Part shown: in pieces, positions 14,858-27,819 of the stretch | Layout of the letters: the number at the start of each line of letters is the position of its first letter | How positions within the stretch are numbered: position 1 is the first letter of the stretch | Assembly (NCBI GenBank): GCA_964016885.1 | Contig: OZ024745.1 | Location: 102,734,001 to 102,798,000 of the forward strand | DNA: 64,000 nt | From: Eledone cirrhosa | Lineage: Eukaryota | Direction of reading: 5' to 3' | The notes under the pieces: generated by a model | Told to the model about the DNA's origin: nothing | The model's database searches: none | What the model saw: only the letters and a program-made list of their open reading frames with translations | Translations under genes and position numbers: made by a program

Positions 14858-14923
14858 ACATATGTTTATATATAAACCTATGTCTTACATTTATTGCTTA
14901 TTTCTGTACAATTAATATACATA

Positions 14924-15330
14924 CTAGCAGAAAAAACCACCCTTTGGATGGTTTTCTGCTAGCATGTGTAGTGTCTATATTGGTATTATATGCAAGTTTA
15001 TATACATGTAGATATGATACATCAAATAAAATCGTAATTGACAATATACACAGAAATTGAACGAAGACTGTTACACTGTTTTATTTAATCAGTAAAATAA
15101 TCCATGATACATTAAAAAAAGACGATATTATATATAAACTGCCTTAGCAAAAAATTATTGGCAAAAAATTAGTGACAGAAAATTAGTATGTTTATTCAAG
15201 CAATCGCCAACTGGAAGTGTTGACATTTCAGAAATGTTAAAGAAGTGAATCTTTAAATAAACAAAATATATTTAATCAACAGCCACAAAATTTAGTAGAT
15301 AAATTATGTAATATTCATTCATTATTTATT
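14924..15330 (-). mobile_element. Non-autonomous Helitron (family D), 3' part
   Basis: 3' terminus CTAG|T with palindromic ctagcagaaaa...ttttctgctag end. Body matches 18385-19175 in the opposite orientation. Confidence 0.6.
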
Positions 15331-16149
15331 CAAAGTAATCCAACTTATTTTACTAATGGGATAAAAAATTATAAACCATACGCAGTCCCATGCTTATAGT
15401 CCCCTTTATTATAGTTTTGATGCTGAAATATGAGGTGAAATATGAGGTGAAATATGAGGTGAACTCTGGAGGGCTTTATAAGTCTCCACTACCCAGTTTG
15501 AATTTCTGGCTATAATAATTTCTCTTGTGTTTGTAGCCATTGAGAATAACATAGATGTCATTGTCTCTCTTCGATAAGTTGCAGTGTTTTTAACAATATT
15601 TATTTATCCTTTCCTCATAACAATTCAAATTCAAAGAGTCTCAATATCAGTTTTTCACAGAAAAAAAAATAGTATACCAAGATGTTTATGTTAAAAATCA
15701 TAGATATTGAATAAATAATGAATGTAGAAGTAAGAAATTGTACAGGAAACACAGTTTACTTTCCTCTACTTTCTTACATCATATTTTTTCCAGTATTTTA
15801 TCTTTGACACCATATTTACAATGTTATTTCAGTTAAATTATATAATAGAAAAGATACAGCTATTTGCAGCAGAATGAACAGTGTGTCTTAGAAATTTTGG
15901 CTGTAAATAATACCTTTGTTTAAACAAAAATATGTAGTAACTTAAATAAGTTTTAGTTAGTTTCCATAAAATACAATATCGGAAATGAAGCCTCTCTTGT
16001 TCCACAGATAATTCTGTTTTCCATAAAAAAATTGTAGCACTTTAATACTTAAGGTGCTGAACTATAAAATAAATGTTAAGACACTGTGGCATTAATCTAA
16101 CAGTCAGGGAAGAAGACAGTAAAAAATTTCGCAAATAAGTATGGTATTG

Positions 16150-16610
16150 AACTTGGATGTTGCAAGCTTCTCCTCCCAGCTCAAGCCTGTGGGGCTGGAC
16201 TGAAGGGATGGCAAAAGTCCAGACAGCATGACTATCTTCCCATTCTGCAGTGGTAAACCGCTCATCTGGGATGTCCCTTGCAGTGACAAATTTTCCAGTG
16301 GCAACCTGGTGCAGCCTGCAACTAATCCAGTCTCTGCTGTACTTCAGGCCGAGGAGGGTAAACTCTCCAAATATCGGTCACTCTCCAACAGGTTTGTGGT
16401 CGAGCCCGTGGCAGTGGAGACTTCTGGGCTCTTTGGCCCTAGGGCCACCTCCCTGTTCATCATCATCGGCATAGAGTTGGCTACACACAGGTGAGATCCT
16501 CACGAGTTGGAATGGCTCTTCTAGCATGTCTCTCTAACCACCCTCTGAGGAAACACCTTTTCTATTCTATCTGCTTGGGCCACAGGGCAGTCAGTCCACT
16601 GGGGCCCCAT
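16150..16610 (+). mobile_element. CRE-clade LINE 3' fragment (restriction-like endonuclease), CpG-decayed
   Basis: ORF 16228-16494 GKPLIWDVPCSD...AEEGKLSKYRSLSNRFVVEPVAVETSGLFGP is homologous to 42075-42445. Confidence 0.8.
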
Positions 16611-18384
16611 TTGCTCATAATAGTGAGAGATGGGGAGTGTGAGAGAGATGGAGGCAGTAACAATTGGAGTTTGGTTCTATTGTGTTCAGACTTTGGTGTT
16701 TATGTATATGTATAGAATGAGAGAGACTCTACATAGTTGCTCAAACTAACAAGAAATAGCAATCAAATAAATAAGACCACCATATCTATCTATTTTCATA
16801 CTATGGAACAATTAACTTAGGATAAAAACATAAGATAACGCTGTTTAACAACAATTTTATCAACAGAGTTTTGATGGATGTGCTAGGTGTGGTTTGTCTA
16901 TTGAATCTTAATATGAAATAAGAGTTTTCCTGGTGGTTAATTTTTTTGTAGCCCTTTGTTCATTTTATTCTTATTCAGTACAATGATCAGATAGAAAAAA
17001 TGTATTAATTAGCATAACAATTTAAATGTATATATACTGTATCAATTTTTATATAAGACTTGTACAATTTATTCTTCTGCAGAGTGCAGCAAATTTGGTC
17101 AGGCAGACTGTAGGCTGAAACATATTTAGATTTTTTCAAACATGAACCTAGAGAGAGAGAGAGACAGAGTGTGTGTGTCTGTGTGTGGATACACAAAGAG
17201 ACCGGGGGGGGGGGGGCAACTTTAAAGCTATCTGTATGTAAATGCCATCACAATGTTAGCAGCTAGTGTGTGTGTTGCTCCTTGTTGATTTCTTACCAGT
17301 TTTGTTTTAATGTAGATGCTTTTTTTTTCTTTCACGGAACTCTCTGATTCAATTTCTTCTGTTATGTGTGAGATGATATAACATGGTGAATTTAGTAGAA
17401 TGGTTCTCCCATGAAGATGAATGTGTACATTGTAAAGATGTTGATTCAATGGTGGGGGCTCTAGATAATGATAATCTGTATCAGTGACTATTATTCATCG
17501 ATTCCTGAAAAGTCAACTTGAAAGCAATAATTTCTAAAGGAAATATATTCTTTTCAACACATGCTGCAAACCTACAAAAGTCATATAACATGTTGCTTTT
17601 AGAAAATGGTTCAGTATCTGAAAGTGGAATATCTTTGGAGATGTGCAGGTCATTGAACTTTTACAAGGGTTGCAGCTAGGTTACACCAGTACTATAGATA
17701 TGTGTGGAACAGTGAGAACAAAAATATTATGCTCAAAAAACTTCACCAAAACATATCTCACTTCTTCCAGACAAGAAACATGTTTTGAATTCTTAATTCA
17801 TTGACTTTAAGAATGCGTGTACTCCCTCCTTTGAACACCAAGCTTGGACTTATAAGAATAAAACTGTTAAAGCCATGAATAAGATACCAACAGGATTCAA
17901 GTAATTGAGAAACATGTTTCTCTGTATCATTATGCCAAGATTAAAAAGGACAGTTGAATGAAGTCAAGAAAGCTGAGTGGTAGATTTTCTAAACTATCTG
18001 TGCAAGCTTTTTTGGAAATAATATCACTGGTAACTACTTTGAAATATTTGGCGACCTTTCTAAGACTTAATAATGCAATATATCATTAAGGTTCGTTTGT
18101 TGGTCTCTCATTCAGATTAATTTACAGAAAAACTAGGTATGATAAGGAATGGATAAGGTGAACATTTTCATTAGGATCAATCTACTATGGAAAAGTGTTA
18201 TCAATGCAAATAATGCCCCAGTATATTTGCCAGCTACTGTTGGACAAAGTGCAGAAGGAAATCAAAGATATGTGGTATTATTATATCATAATATAATAAA
18301 GGGAGGGGAGCGGGACTGTGTCCTGAATATATTTTTGTATCCTATTAGTAAAATAAGTTGGATTACTTTGAATAAATAATGAAT

Positions 18385-19175
18385 GAATATTACATAATTT
18401 ATTTACTAAATTTCGTAGCTGTTGATTAAACATAAATATTCTTATATATAATGATTGCTTATTTTAAGATTCACTTCTTTTAAAATTTTCAAATGTCAAT
18501 ACTTCCGTTTACGATATAACGGACGCTATATCATATCGTTTATATAAACGTTCATATATTTGCATCTTTATATCATAGCATTTGGTAATGTTGAGCATCA
18601 ATTGTCAAGTCAAGAGTACCCAAACTATACTGTCAGATAAAAACTCAACTCGTGGTGTGAGTAGGTTATGTCTGGAAGGAAGGTTGGCTTGTAAGAGAAG
18701 CAGAGGCTGGCAGCCAAAACGATGGATTGATAATGTCAGCTTATGGACTGGACTTGATCTTTACTCTTTAAACTCTGCTGCTGGTGATCGAATTTTGTGG
18801 AGAAAAAGTATGTCATGTTGATGCGCAGTCTGCAAGTGGCGGAGTTTAGCGTCACAAGACATCATAATGTTTATATATTCGTCGCTCATTTTCTACTTTT
18901 TCGTTTTCATTACATTTCACCGTAATGCAGTTCATATATAATATCGTCTTTTTTAAATGTATTATGGATTACTTTACTGATTACAGAAGACAGTGTAACA
19001 TAGTCTCTCTTCAATTTCTCTGCATATTGTCAATTATGATTTTGTTTGACGTATCATATCTACATGCATATTATATTTGCGTTTGATATCAATTTGTACA
19101 CTACACATGCTAGCAGAAAACCACCCGAACCAGTGGTACACATGCTAGCAGAAAACCACCCGAACCAGTGGTTTG
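18385..19175 (+). mobile_element. Non-autonomous Helitron (family D) interrupted by an RTE fragment
   Basis: Inverted homology to 14924-15330. Duplicated 3' motif acacatgctagcagaaaaccacccgaaccagtggt. Confidence 0.55.
18630..18860 (+). mobile_element. RTE-clade LINE 3' fragment
   Basis: LEGRLACKRSRGWQPKRWIDNVSLWTG...AAGDRILWRK matches the RTE C-terminal pattern EG...GKR.RGRP..RW.D.....A.DR..WR. Confidence 0.75.
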
Positions 19176-19179
19176 CGAG

Positions 19180-19307
19180 AAAATGTTGGTGGCCCGCAGG
19201 AAATTTTTTACGTATTTATCTTTTAAAAAAAATTCATATTAGTGGTCCGCAGGATTTAAAATTATGAATTTAGTGGTCCGTGAGGTTTGAAAGATTGGCG
19301 ATCGCTG
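19180..19307 (+). mobile_element. hAT-like MITE right end
   Basis: Repeated gtggtccg subterminal motifs and terminus aaagattggcgatcgctg. Confidence 0.45.
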
Positions 19308-20667
19308 CTATAATCAATGTGTAACTATATATTCAATTAAATTGAATATTGCACGAAAACCTACCACAATAAAGAAATGTTACAAAATTATTTGGTTATA
19401 GTACAAAAAGTACAATAAAAATCGGTTATTTTCGTTCTTGCAACACAAAAATAAAAGCAACTTTTGTTCCTCAGTTGACATATAATTCTATTTCTATCTC
19501 AGAATTAAAAGTTTATTAGTTGTGTATACTCCTATGTGTATCTTTACTATTTTCGATATGTTTTCTTGAATATTTTTCCACTTTAATCATTTTCTTCCGT
19601 TAATTATTTATTTTGTTTCTCTTAACTCCCCTTTGTTTCTTTACCTGTTCTCTTTTACTTTAATCTATTTTTATCCTCTATACGTTGTGTAGTTGGTAAG
19701 AATATAAACCTTTAGAACTATCAAAATCCGTTCTTTCATCTTTTATCGTTATTACAGTTATGCTTCGTTTTTTCCCATGTTTACTCGTCATAGATCTATC
19801 TTACTTTTGATATTTTTTCTATAATGAATAGCATTCACTTTCTTTTTATTCACTGTTGTTTCCTCTGTAAATACATTTTTTAAATAACAATTTCAAACAG
19901 CCATAAGAGTACACATTTGGAGCAAAGTGAGTGTAACTGTTTACTCCTTCACCACCGCCTGCTACTTATATTATCGATTCTGGAAAGACAAAACCAATTC
20001 TAGCAGGGGTTTGAACTCAGCACCAGAAGGTATTTTGTTCGCCCTGCAGTGATTATTTTGTTGATCGACAAAACATTTTCCTAGAATGTAAAACAAAATA
20101 CACTTGAGTTTATTAAAAATAAAATTTTAGACTTCAGCGCAGCACAAACCTAGAAGAAAAAAAGACATTACAAACAAGATTATACTTCGTACAGATAAAA
20201 GCTGCAGTAAAAGAAGGGAAAACGTTACAAAATACATTTGAAAATACTCTTATTAATTAGATGTCTCTAGAAAAGCAGCTAAAGAAGATTGTATATAAGC
20301 TTATATAAATTATATAGAGAAAAAGAAAATTTAATGAATGTTCTTTTTTCATTTTCTATTATAGTATTGTATTAAGACTGACAATACTTTTCTCGTTACT
20401 TTTTCATATCCTTTGCAGATTCTATTTTAACAACAAAATACAACCGTATTTTCCTCGCAATTCGAAAAAAAATTTCATATTTCGAAGACTTTAAATATCA
20501 TGTAGAAAAAAAAAAAAAAACGAGATAAAGAGAGTACGATGAACACATAGGTAATATTATAATTGAAGTAACGATGCTGTTTTACTAAAACAGTTATTTA
20601 GTTTAAAATATTCGAAGAAAAGTGTTCAATAAAAAACAAAATGGTGGCGATTAAGATCTATTATTCA

Positions 20668-20772
20668 TTCCGAGGTTAACTTTGCCTTTCATCCTTACGG
20701 GGTCGATAAAATAAAGTACCAGTAATGTACTGAGTAATTGCTGGCCTTGTGCCTAAAGTAGAAACAATTATT
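20668..20772 (+). mobile_element. SINE family A, 5'-truncated
   Basis: ccgaggttaactttgcctttcatccttacggggtcgataaaataaagtaccag...agaaacaattat. Confidence 0.9.
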
Positions 20773-20908
20773 CATTAAAAACAACTTTACATGTAATAAA
20801 TATTTGAATGTTACAGTTGATCAAGACGTTAAAAACCTATTGAGCAGTCACAAATCTCACATCATGTATCTGTAACAGTATTACTTCATATCTCGCAACA
20901 AAAAATGT

Positions 20909-20976
20909 TTCATGCGCGATTTAGTTACTGGTTAATCAATCGTGTACGTCGCGCATGAATATATAACTTCCGCCCA
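20909..20976. promoter_or_regulatory. Candidate promoter-like CpG cluster
   Basis: Inverted ttcatgcgcga/tcgcgcatgaa (NRF1-like half sites) and acttccg (ETS-like) in unique sequence, where CpGs reappear after a depleted region. Confidence 0.25.
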
Positions 20977-21659
20977 TCTAAGAAATTCGCACTTCTTTTA
21001 TTGACTTCACCTAGTTGCTGCATTCACTTCCCGAAGATAAGACATACCTTCCTTCTCGTGTCGATAATAGCAAGATGTAACGGTAAAAAATAAACCTTGG
21101 TCCTCTCGGCTAGGGACCAACCTCTTTCTTCCAACATTTCATTTACCCATGCGGCATGCCGACAGCAATTTATTGTAATCTTGTACGGTTGTAAATACGT
21201 TTAAACAGCCTTCTGATATTTCTGCCACCATTGAATCTGCACACATACTAAAAACATTTCTTCTGGCACGATATGGGAAAATCCTTTTTCCCAAGGTAAT
21301 ATCATTTCACTACAGCAAGTGAGTACAGTTTTCGTTCCCTTAAATAGGATATACCTTCTCTCGATTCACTGAGAAAATTAGCTTCTCTCGACTCACAGAG
21401 ATGGACTTCACTTGCTCACTTGCCAACAACAACTATATCACAGATTCATCTGCTTTCGTGGCGACAACCTTCAACCAAGCTATAACCAAACAATAACTTC
21501 AATTTCTACATCTATTATTACAAACAGATTTTTTTACTGCTAAATATCTATCCCATATTGTGGCATCGTCAAAACAGTTGCTCTCTACTAGAAATAAATC
21601 AGATATCCCTCAAATCACGTTGTAATGCTATTTTAAAAACACACGACATATTAGATAAT

Positions 21660-21870
21660 GCGAGGGCTGCTGAAAGGTTCATAGCTTTGGGTAAAAGGAA
21701 ATATAGGAGGATCAGTTAATTATGATTTTATTCAGCATGTTGCCCTCACAGATTGACACACTTATTGCAGCGGTCCTTCAGTTTTTCTTTTTAGAACTCG
21801 GAAGGTTGGGCATTCAGCCATGCATCTGTAACAGCGATCAAGCCAGGAACTTTTCAACATGACCTCCTGT
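21660..21870. mobile_element. Mariner-type MITE, decayed
   Basis: Imperfect TIRs cgagggctgctgaaaggttcatagct and agccaggaacttttcaacatgacctc. Confidence 0.6.
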
Positions 21871-22129
21871 AGTACTAGATACACAAAGAGATGGTGGGTC
21901 TTATCTTGGGCTAAAGAACAATAACCTTAGATCAAATGTTAGGATTTCTTCTCCAGTGCATTTCATAACGAAAACCTCAGAGATACACACTCACACCCAA
22001 CGCCTATAAATGCAATTGTAGAAACGCACGTTTCTTGTTCTTGGATCTCCGTCGTTTCCGACAACGAGTGCTCCAGTTGAGTCAAGGGAACTACCTGCAC
22101 TTGAAATTGTTGTGTAAGCGGCTGAACCT

Positions 22130-22320
22130 TACACAGACACGTGTACCATTAATGTAGTTCTGGGAGAGATTTAGCGTGATACAGTGCGACGCGACAACTC
22201 ATTTTTGCTAGCTGGGTGCTGTGGAGCAGCATGAAATAACGCGGCTTGCTCAAAGACAAAACGCTCCACCCACTTCCTGGGAATCGAACTTAGACTTTAC
22301 GATTGTGAGCCGAACAACGA
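22130..22320 (-). mobile_element. Decayed tRNA-derived SINE (family C-like head)
   Basis: ggagcagcatgaaataacgcggcttgctcaaagacaaaacg...gggaatcgaact. Similar copies at 32075-32192 (-) and 61895-62065 (+). Confidence 0.6.
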
Positions 22321-23390
22321 CGAAGAAATTCACTAAAATATTTCTAGATGGATAATGCCTATCAAAGGCGTTAACATATAGAACTTCAGTAAAAACACAT
22401 AGTGTGTGTGTATATATATATGGGAGGTGGGGGTTAATTAGTTAAAAGAAAACTTTCAAAACCTAATATGCACAACACGAATGTCCATTCAAACTCGGAG
22501 ACAATCACTTCCACATTACTGTCCCAATATAGTTGGAAAGTAGTTAAAAATAAATAAATAAAGCGCGAATACAATTGTGTCATGTCTGAAAAGCTAAGCC
22601 ATATGCAAACAGCAATAAGAAAGGTTAGAGAAAAGTAAAATTTATTCATAACATCATGCATTTTCTTTTTAAACACTATAGAAGAAACATATTCAATTTG
22701 CCCATACAAATAAAAAATTAACATTATCATTCAAGCGGAAATTTTCTCTTGGTTCTATTTCAGATACAATTCTTAAAAGTGTAGAACATAATTGCGATGA
22801 AAAACTATTATCTAGAAACATTTGTGTTCTGAATCCCATCTTGATAACTATTTAGGTACCAGAGATAATTTATACCAACATAATATGCCTGTAGAAACCA
22901 ATAAACAGACATCATGTACGTACTGTGTTTTTGCTGCCATATATATTTACATGCAGGATTTCCAATGCTCGAGAAAACGAATCAGACTGGAAAATCTGTG
23001 TAGCCACGATGAATCTATAAGTTTCGAACCGATAGATAAACCCAACATGTATTGAGTACTTACTCACTCTCACTCTCTCTCATGGTTTGAAACAAAACAA
23101 ACGTGTGTATATTTCCTGGAAGTTATTTTTAAAAAAATTAAGTTCTGTAAATACAAGTTCATCTATTGAAACACCTGTGAAAACTGGATATTGTGATTCA
23201 CTCATGATATGTAAGCGGCACACCATTAAAACTGTATCTAACTGGCAATCACTTTCAATAGTCTTGATCATGTACAAGCATGCAACGCCACAACATCAGC
23301 ATGACAATGGGCCTTTTTAAACGTGGTGCCTTATTTACATATATATATATATGAGGGTGTTAAAGTTTGCTTGAAGCATTGTGAAATGTG

Positions 23391-23775
23391 TAAAATATGT
23401 AGTTTAGAAAGCCACAACAATGCAGATGGGAAATCTCGAGGTAAGAAGTGAGTGAGAAATAGGAGAAAAGTGAAAATGAAAACAAAACAAAGGTAGAAGG
23501 GTTACCGTAGTGGAGATTTAATCCCAATATTTCGGGCTCACGCCCATCAACGGGGGAAAGTTCCAAAAGGGGGGGAACAGGCTAAGCCGGAGAAAGGTGT
23601 TGGAACTTTCCCCCGTTGATGGGCGTGAGCCCGAAATATTGGGATTAAATCTCCACTACGGTAACCCTTCTACCTTTGTTTTGTTTTCATTTTCACTTTT
23701 CTCCTATTTCTCACTCACTTCTTACCTCGAGATTTCCCATCTGCATTGTTGTGGCTTTCTAAACTACATATTTTA
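23391..23775. repeat. Near-perfect fold-back inverted repeat (176-bp arms, 33-nt loop) next to (TA)n
   Basis: Arms 23391-23566 and 23600-23775. The two opposite-strand ORFs translate identically over the arms. Confidence 0.95.
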
Positions 23776-23888
23776 TATATATATATATATACTATAGAAT
23801 TATATAGCACAATGATATCAATACAAAATAGTGAATTCGCACTAATATAGCATTCTCTCTCCTCTCTTTTTCGTAATTCCAGAAGGAG

Positions 23889-24196
23889 TCACGGGGGCGC
23901 CATACTGACGTACGTTGTTTCTAGGACATTGTTAAACCTGGCGGAGTCCATCTCCTCTCCATGTCTGAATATAGTTTCTTCCAGAGAAAGATAGAAAGTG
24001 AGGATGTCATATCGAGGAATAATCGCCCCCCCCCCCCTCTTCCGCAGTACTTGACCGGTACTTTTGTTATCGACCTCGAATGGAAGAAAGGTAAAGTTGA
24101 TCTCAACGGTATTTAAACTTAGAAAGCATACAGCCGAAACGAATACCATAAAGCATTATATCCAACGTCCCAACGACTCTGGCAATCCGCCGCCTG
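23889..24196 (-). mobile_element. SINE family B
   Basis: Minus head ggcggcggattgccagagtcgttggga and tail ggactccgccaggtttaacaatgtcctagaaac, matching 11484-11812. Confidence 0.7.
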
Positions 24197-26004
24197 GTAT
24201 AGTATTAGAAAAATTAAAAGGCAATATTAATCACAAAGGGATTTGAACCAAGATACTTGGCTTTACCTCTATTATCGCCTACATTTCCAAAGTAAATAAA
24301 ATCACGCGCCAGCTTGAAAGCTAATAGCTGGCCGCTCATGATTATTGAAAAGTAGCCAAATCTCACCTTACTGTCTTAAAGGAAGAACATATTAGACAAT
24401 GTTACAGTTTTAGATATACAAAACTATGACATTATTACGTCAGGAACGCTTTTAAACATACGTCTGTTCAATCAACGCTAACCTGGGGGATAAACATTAC
24501 GAATTGTAAAAAGAAACGTTGAGTATAATGAAAGACAATTCCAATGCTTTAAAGTCAACACTGACTAGACATTGCTAGTTAAATTAATAATGATTATTTT
24601 ATCAACTTTGAAAACAGGGTATTTAAGAATTCGTACATTGTGAAATTCTATGATTGGAATAACACAAAAGTCTAGAATTTGAAAACATATCTAGTATTAT
24701 AACTGAGAATTAACTGCTAAGTTGTAAACCTGGTATGCCCGACGATACAATGAGAGAGGCTGTATTTGGTTAATACTTACAAAAAATAGCAGCTAAATCT
24801 CAATTAAACCACACCCTATCATCTTTAGACTGAAAGGATACATTGGACAAAAAAAGAAAAAATATTAATGGCTGGAACACATTTCATCAAGACCAACAAT
24901 AAGGTAGTATCTTTTGAAATATTTTGTTGCAGAAATCTGTATTGGTAGCGAACATAGATTATTGCACCACTCAGACTTCTCCACTTCTTTCATAAAATAA
25001 CTTTTTCAGTTAGTTAAAAGAGGAGAGTATTCTCTTAAAATTTCCCTTGTGAAAAATCTAGAAGTTTTGGAATCATACGATGGCCTCCAAGGGTTTAAAC
25101 TCAGAGTAATTAAGTAAGAATAATTGTAATGTTAGCTCTGAATCAATTGTCAAAAACCATCCATATCACTATAGTTACCAAATTGAGAAATCGATTCTCT
25201 CAACAATACATCCTCCCCAGATATAAAGTCAAATTTGTTTCAAAAGATGGGATCAAGTAGCTGCAAAAATTTTGTCTTCGAGATTTTGCCTTCTTCAAAT
25301 TGTTTTTATTGATTTTGTTGATAGCGAGGATAATGTTGATGATACTGACTATGATTATAGGGAGGATGGCTGCCAATAATAGAAATGAAAATAGTTTGAG
25401 GTGAGAATGGAGTTGATTCTTTTTCTACTCTATCAGTTATTGTGTAAAACTGGAGTTTTCAATTATATGCCGAAGAGAATAATTACTCAGCAGAAAATAC
25501 TGGTTAATATCAACAGGCAAACATATTCATATATAAATATATAAACACATAATATGCTATAGTTTATATACATACATATACGGTGAATCTGAATCAGTGA
25601 ATCTGTTATAGCTTCACTGGGTGTATCACTGCCATTAAGTATACCACTGTCACTGAGTATGTGTAACAATGTGAGTGACTGTGTGTGTGACTGTTTCCAT
25701 GTTTTTCATCAAATCAATGCGTGCCTAAACAAAAGGTGATCTTTTGGGGAATTGTAATTGAAAATATAAGACCTGATGGTTACATTTCATATGAGTGTTC
25801 TTTGTATTAGCACGTTCCCTTTTATTTAAAACTGTAAACATATTTTCACCGTTCCCTCCTCGGTTAACCAACTACAGAATTTAATACACAGGCGCGGTGG
25901 AACAGTATAATAATTATATTTTTCTCCCCAAACTACCAAAACAAATCTATTTGTATATGCGCTACAATTTATGTACATGTTATGTTTATCGCATATCGAA
26001 GGTT

Positions 26005-26058
<54 letters not shown>

Positions 26059-26138
26059 CAAGGTCTAGTAAATAGAGAAAAAGTTTTAAAATAAATTTTA
26101 AAAAAAATGTTTTTTAATTCGCTGTACTTACTATATGT

Positions 26139-26220
26139 ACCTTTACCGCGGTTTCATGCTCCAGAATAAACGGAAAATCCAAGCGGATTTCCATTGAGAA
26201 GGGAGCAATCTTCAGAAGGC
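26139..26220 (-). ncRNA. Type I hammerhead ribozyme with minimal stem III
   Basis: gcctt CTGAAGA t tgctcc[...ggaaatcc gctt ggattttcc...]ggagca t GAAA c cgcg g TA aaggt. GUA cleavage site and palindromic CGCG loop 3. Confidence 0.88.
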
Positions 26221-26636
26221 TCTTCTCCCTCGGAGAATATAAAATTCCCGAGTTCAAACCACAAACCGACGCCATACAAAATCATTCCCAAATGAAAGCG
26301 GATGATGAAAGAAATAATTCTGTCTGGTGCCGTGTGCAAAAACAAAAGGCAGGGTGGACAGGTCAATGTCCTGCCACTAGAAATAGGAGCAGTTCAAATG
26401 GCCAAAATGTTATCTCTACCTTAGGGGAGATCAATAATAATAAAGTATGAATTCCTACGTGTAAAAAATACATATAGGGAAACAAGTATTATCCAACCGT
26501 ATGCCAATGTGGTTCTATGGCGGGTTAATACATTAACAAGCCAGAACATATAAAATCAAGGTCTAGCAAATAGAGAAAAAGTTTTAAAATAAATTAAACA
26601 AAGAAATTAAAAAAATTCGCTGTACTTACTATATGT

Positions 26637-26718
26637 GCCTTTACCGCGGCTTCATGCTCCAGAATAAACGGAAAATCCAAGCGGATTTTCATTGAGAAGG
26701 GAGCAATCTTCAGAAGGC
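26637..26718 (-). ncRNA. Type I hammerhead ribozyme, second copy (GAAA>GAAG)
   Basis: gcctt CTGAAGA t tgctcc...ggagca t GAAG c cgcg g TA aaggc. Confidence 0.75.
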
Positions 26719-27167
26719 TCTTCTCCCTCGGAGAATATATATATATATATATATCTTGGTTGATATTTGATAATAACAGCTAAATTAATCACTAAAACTA
26801 AATTGAATAAATTTCCCCCACCGCACACCCCAATTCAGAAATGCTTCCACCACCCCTGATACACACACAAACACGCACACATATTTATCTACCTATATTC
26901 ACACATACACACAAACTTTCACACGAGCGCACGCATAAATATTCATATATAGACGTGTGATATTTAAACTGACTCGGTATCCTGATAAGACTACTAGAGG
27001 AATTTCAATGGCGTGGAGAGGTGAGAAACTTGCATTCTAGGGTGACTGCTGGTCTTCCGAAAACAGTTAACCAAGCTTGCGACACGGAAAGGGAATTTCA
27101 AGATGCAGCTCTATGGTGACATAAAACATACGGTGGCCTCGGATATGTGTGTAATTGCATTTATAGA

Positions 27168-27541
27168 ACTAGATAATTATTTCTACTTTTGGCACAAGGC
27201 CAGCAATTGGTATTTTATCCGTAAGGATGAAAGGCAAAGTGAACCTCGGAGGGATTTGAACTCAGACCATAAAGGGGCATAACTCTATGCTGCAAAGCAT
27301 GGCGTCCGACCTTCTACCGATACTGCCAATCCCACTAGATAATTGTTTCTACTTTTGGTACAAGGCCAGCAATTATCCCAGTGCGTGACTGGTACTTTAT
27401 TTTATCGACCCCGTAAGGATGAAAGGCAAAGTTAACCTTGGCGGGATTTGAACTCAGAATGACAAGGGCCGTAACTCTATGCGTCAAAGAATTGTGTCCG
27501 ACCCTCTACCGATACTGCCAATCCACCGCCACTAGATAATT
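27168..27541 (-). mobile_element. Two head-to-tail family A SINEs
   Basis: Copies at ~27172-27332 and ~27338-27531. actagataatt occurs left of, between and right of them. Confidence 0.9.
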
Positions 27542-27743
27542 GTATTCTCTCAGGTTTGTAATTGTGATCTTGATTTTAAACCCTGCCATAAATACTTTGT
27601 TCCATTTCATTGAAATGAAATCATAGAAATACATGCATACGTGACCTCCGAAATGGTAAAACTCTTTTCTTATTACATCAAACCTTAAAGTAATATATAA
27701 CTTTATTGTAATGCATCATTTACTGTGTTGTTTTTCGCTTACC

Positions 27744-27746
27744 TTT

Positions 27747-27817
<71 letters not shown>
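27744..27817. repeat. (TA)n microsatellite
   Basis: Directly visible. Similar tracts occur near 26005, 28345, 30840, 31928, 33660 and 38296. Confidence 0.95.

Positions 27818-27819
<2 letters not shown>

Larger units (their letters stand above)
26056..26737 (-). mobile_element. Retrozyme-like element: 498-bp unit plus ~184-bp terminal direct repeat, two hammerheads, embedded in (TA)n
   Basis: 26056-26239 is repeated at 26554-26737. Each repeat holds a type I HHR on the minus strand. (TA)n lies on both sides and there is no credible ORF. Confidence 0.8.

Noticed and set aside
14924-19175. One 4.2-kb element with long TIRs
   Set aside because: The arms are diverged copies of a dispersed Helitron-type repeat also seen near 50.5 kb. 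Independent insertions are more likely.
23360-23797. Two identical small proteins on opposite strands
   Set aside because: A by-product of the inverted repeat, with no coding signature.
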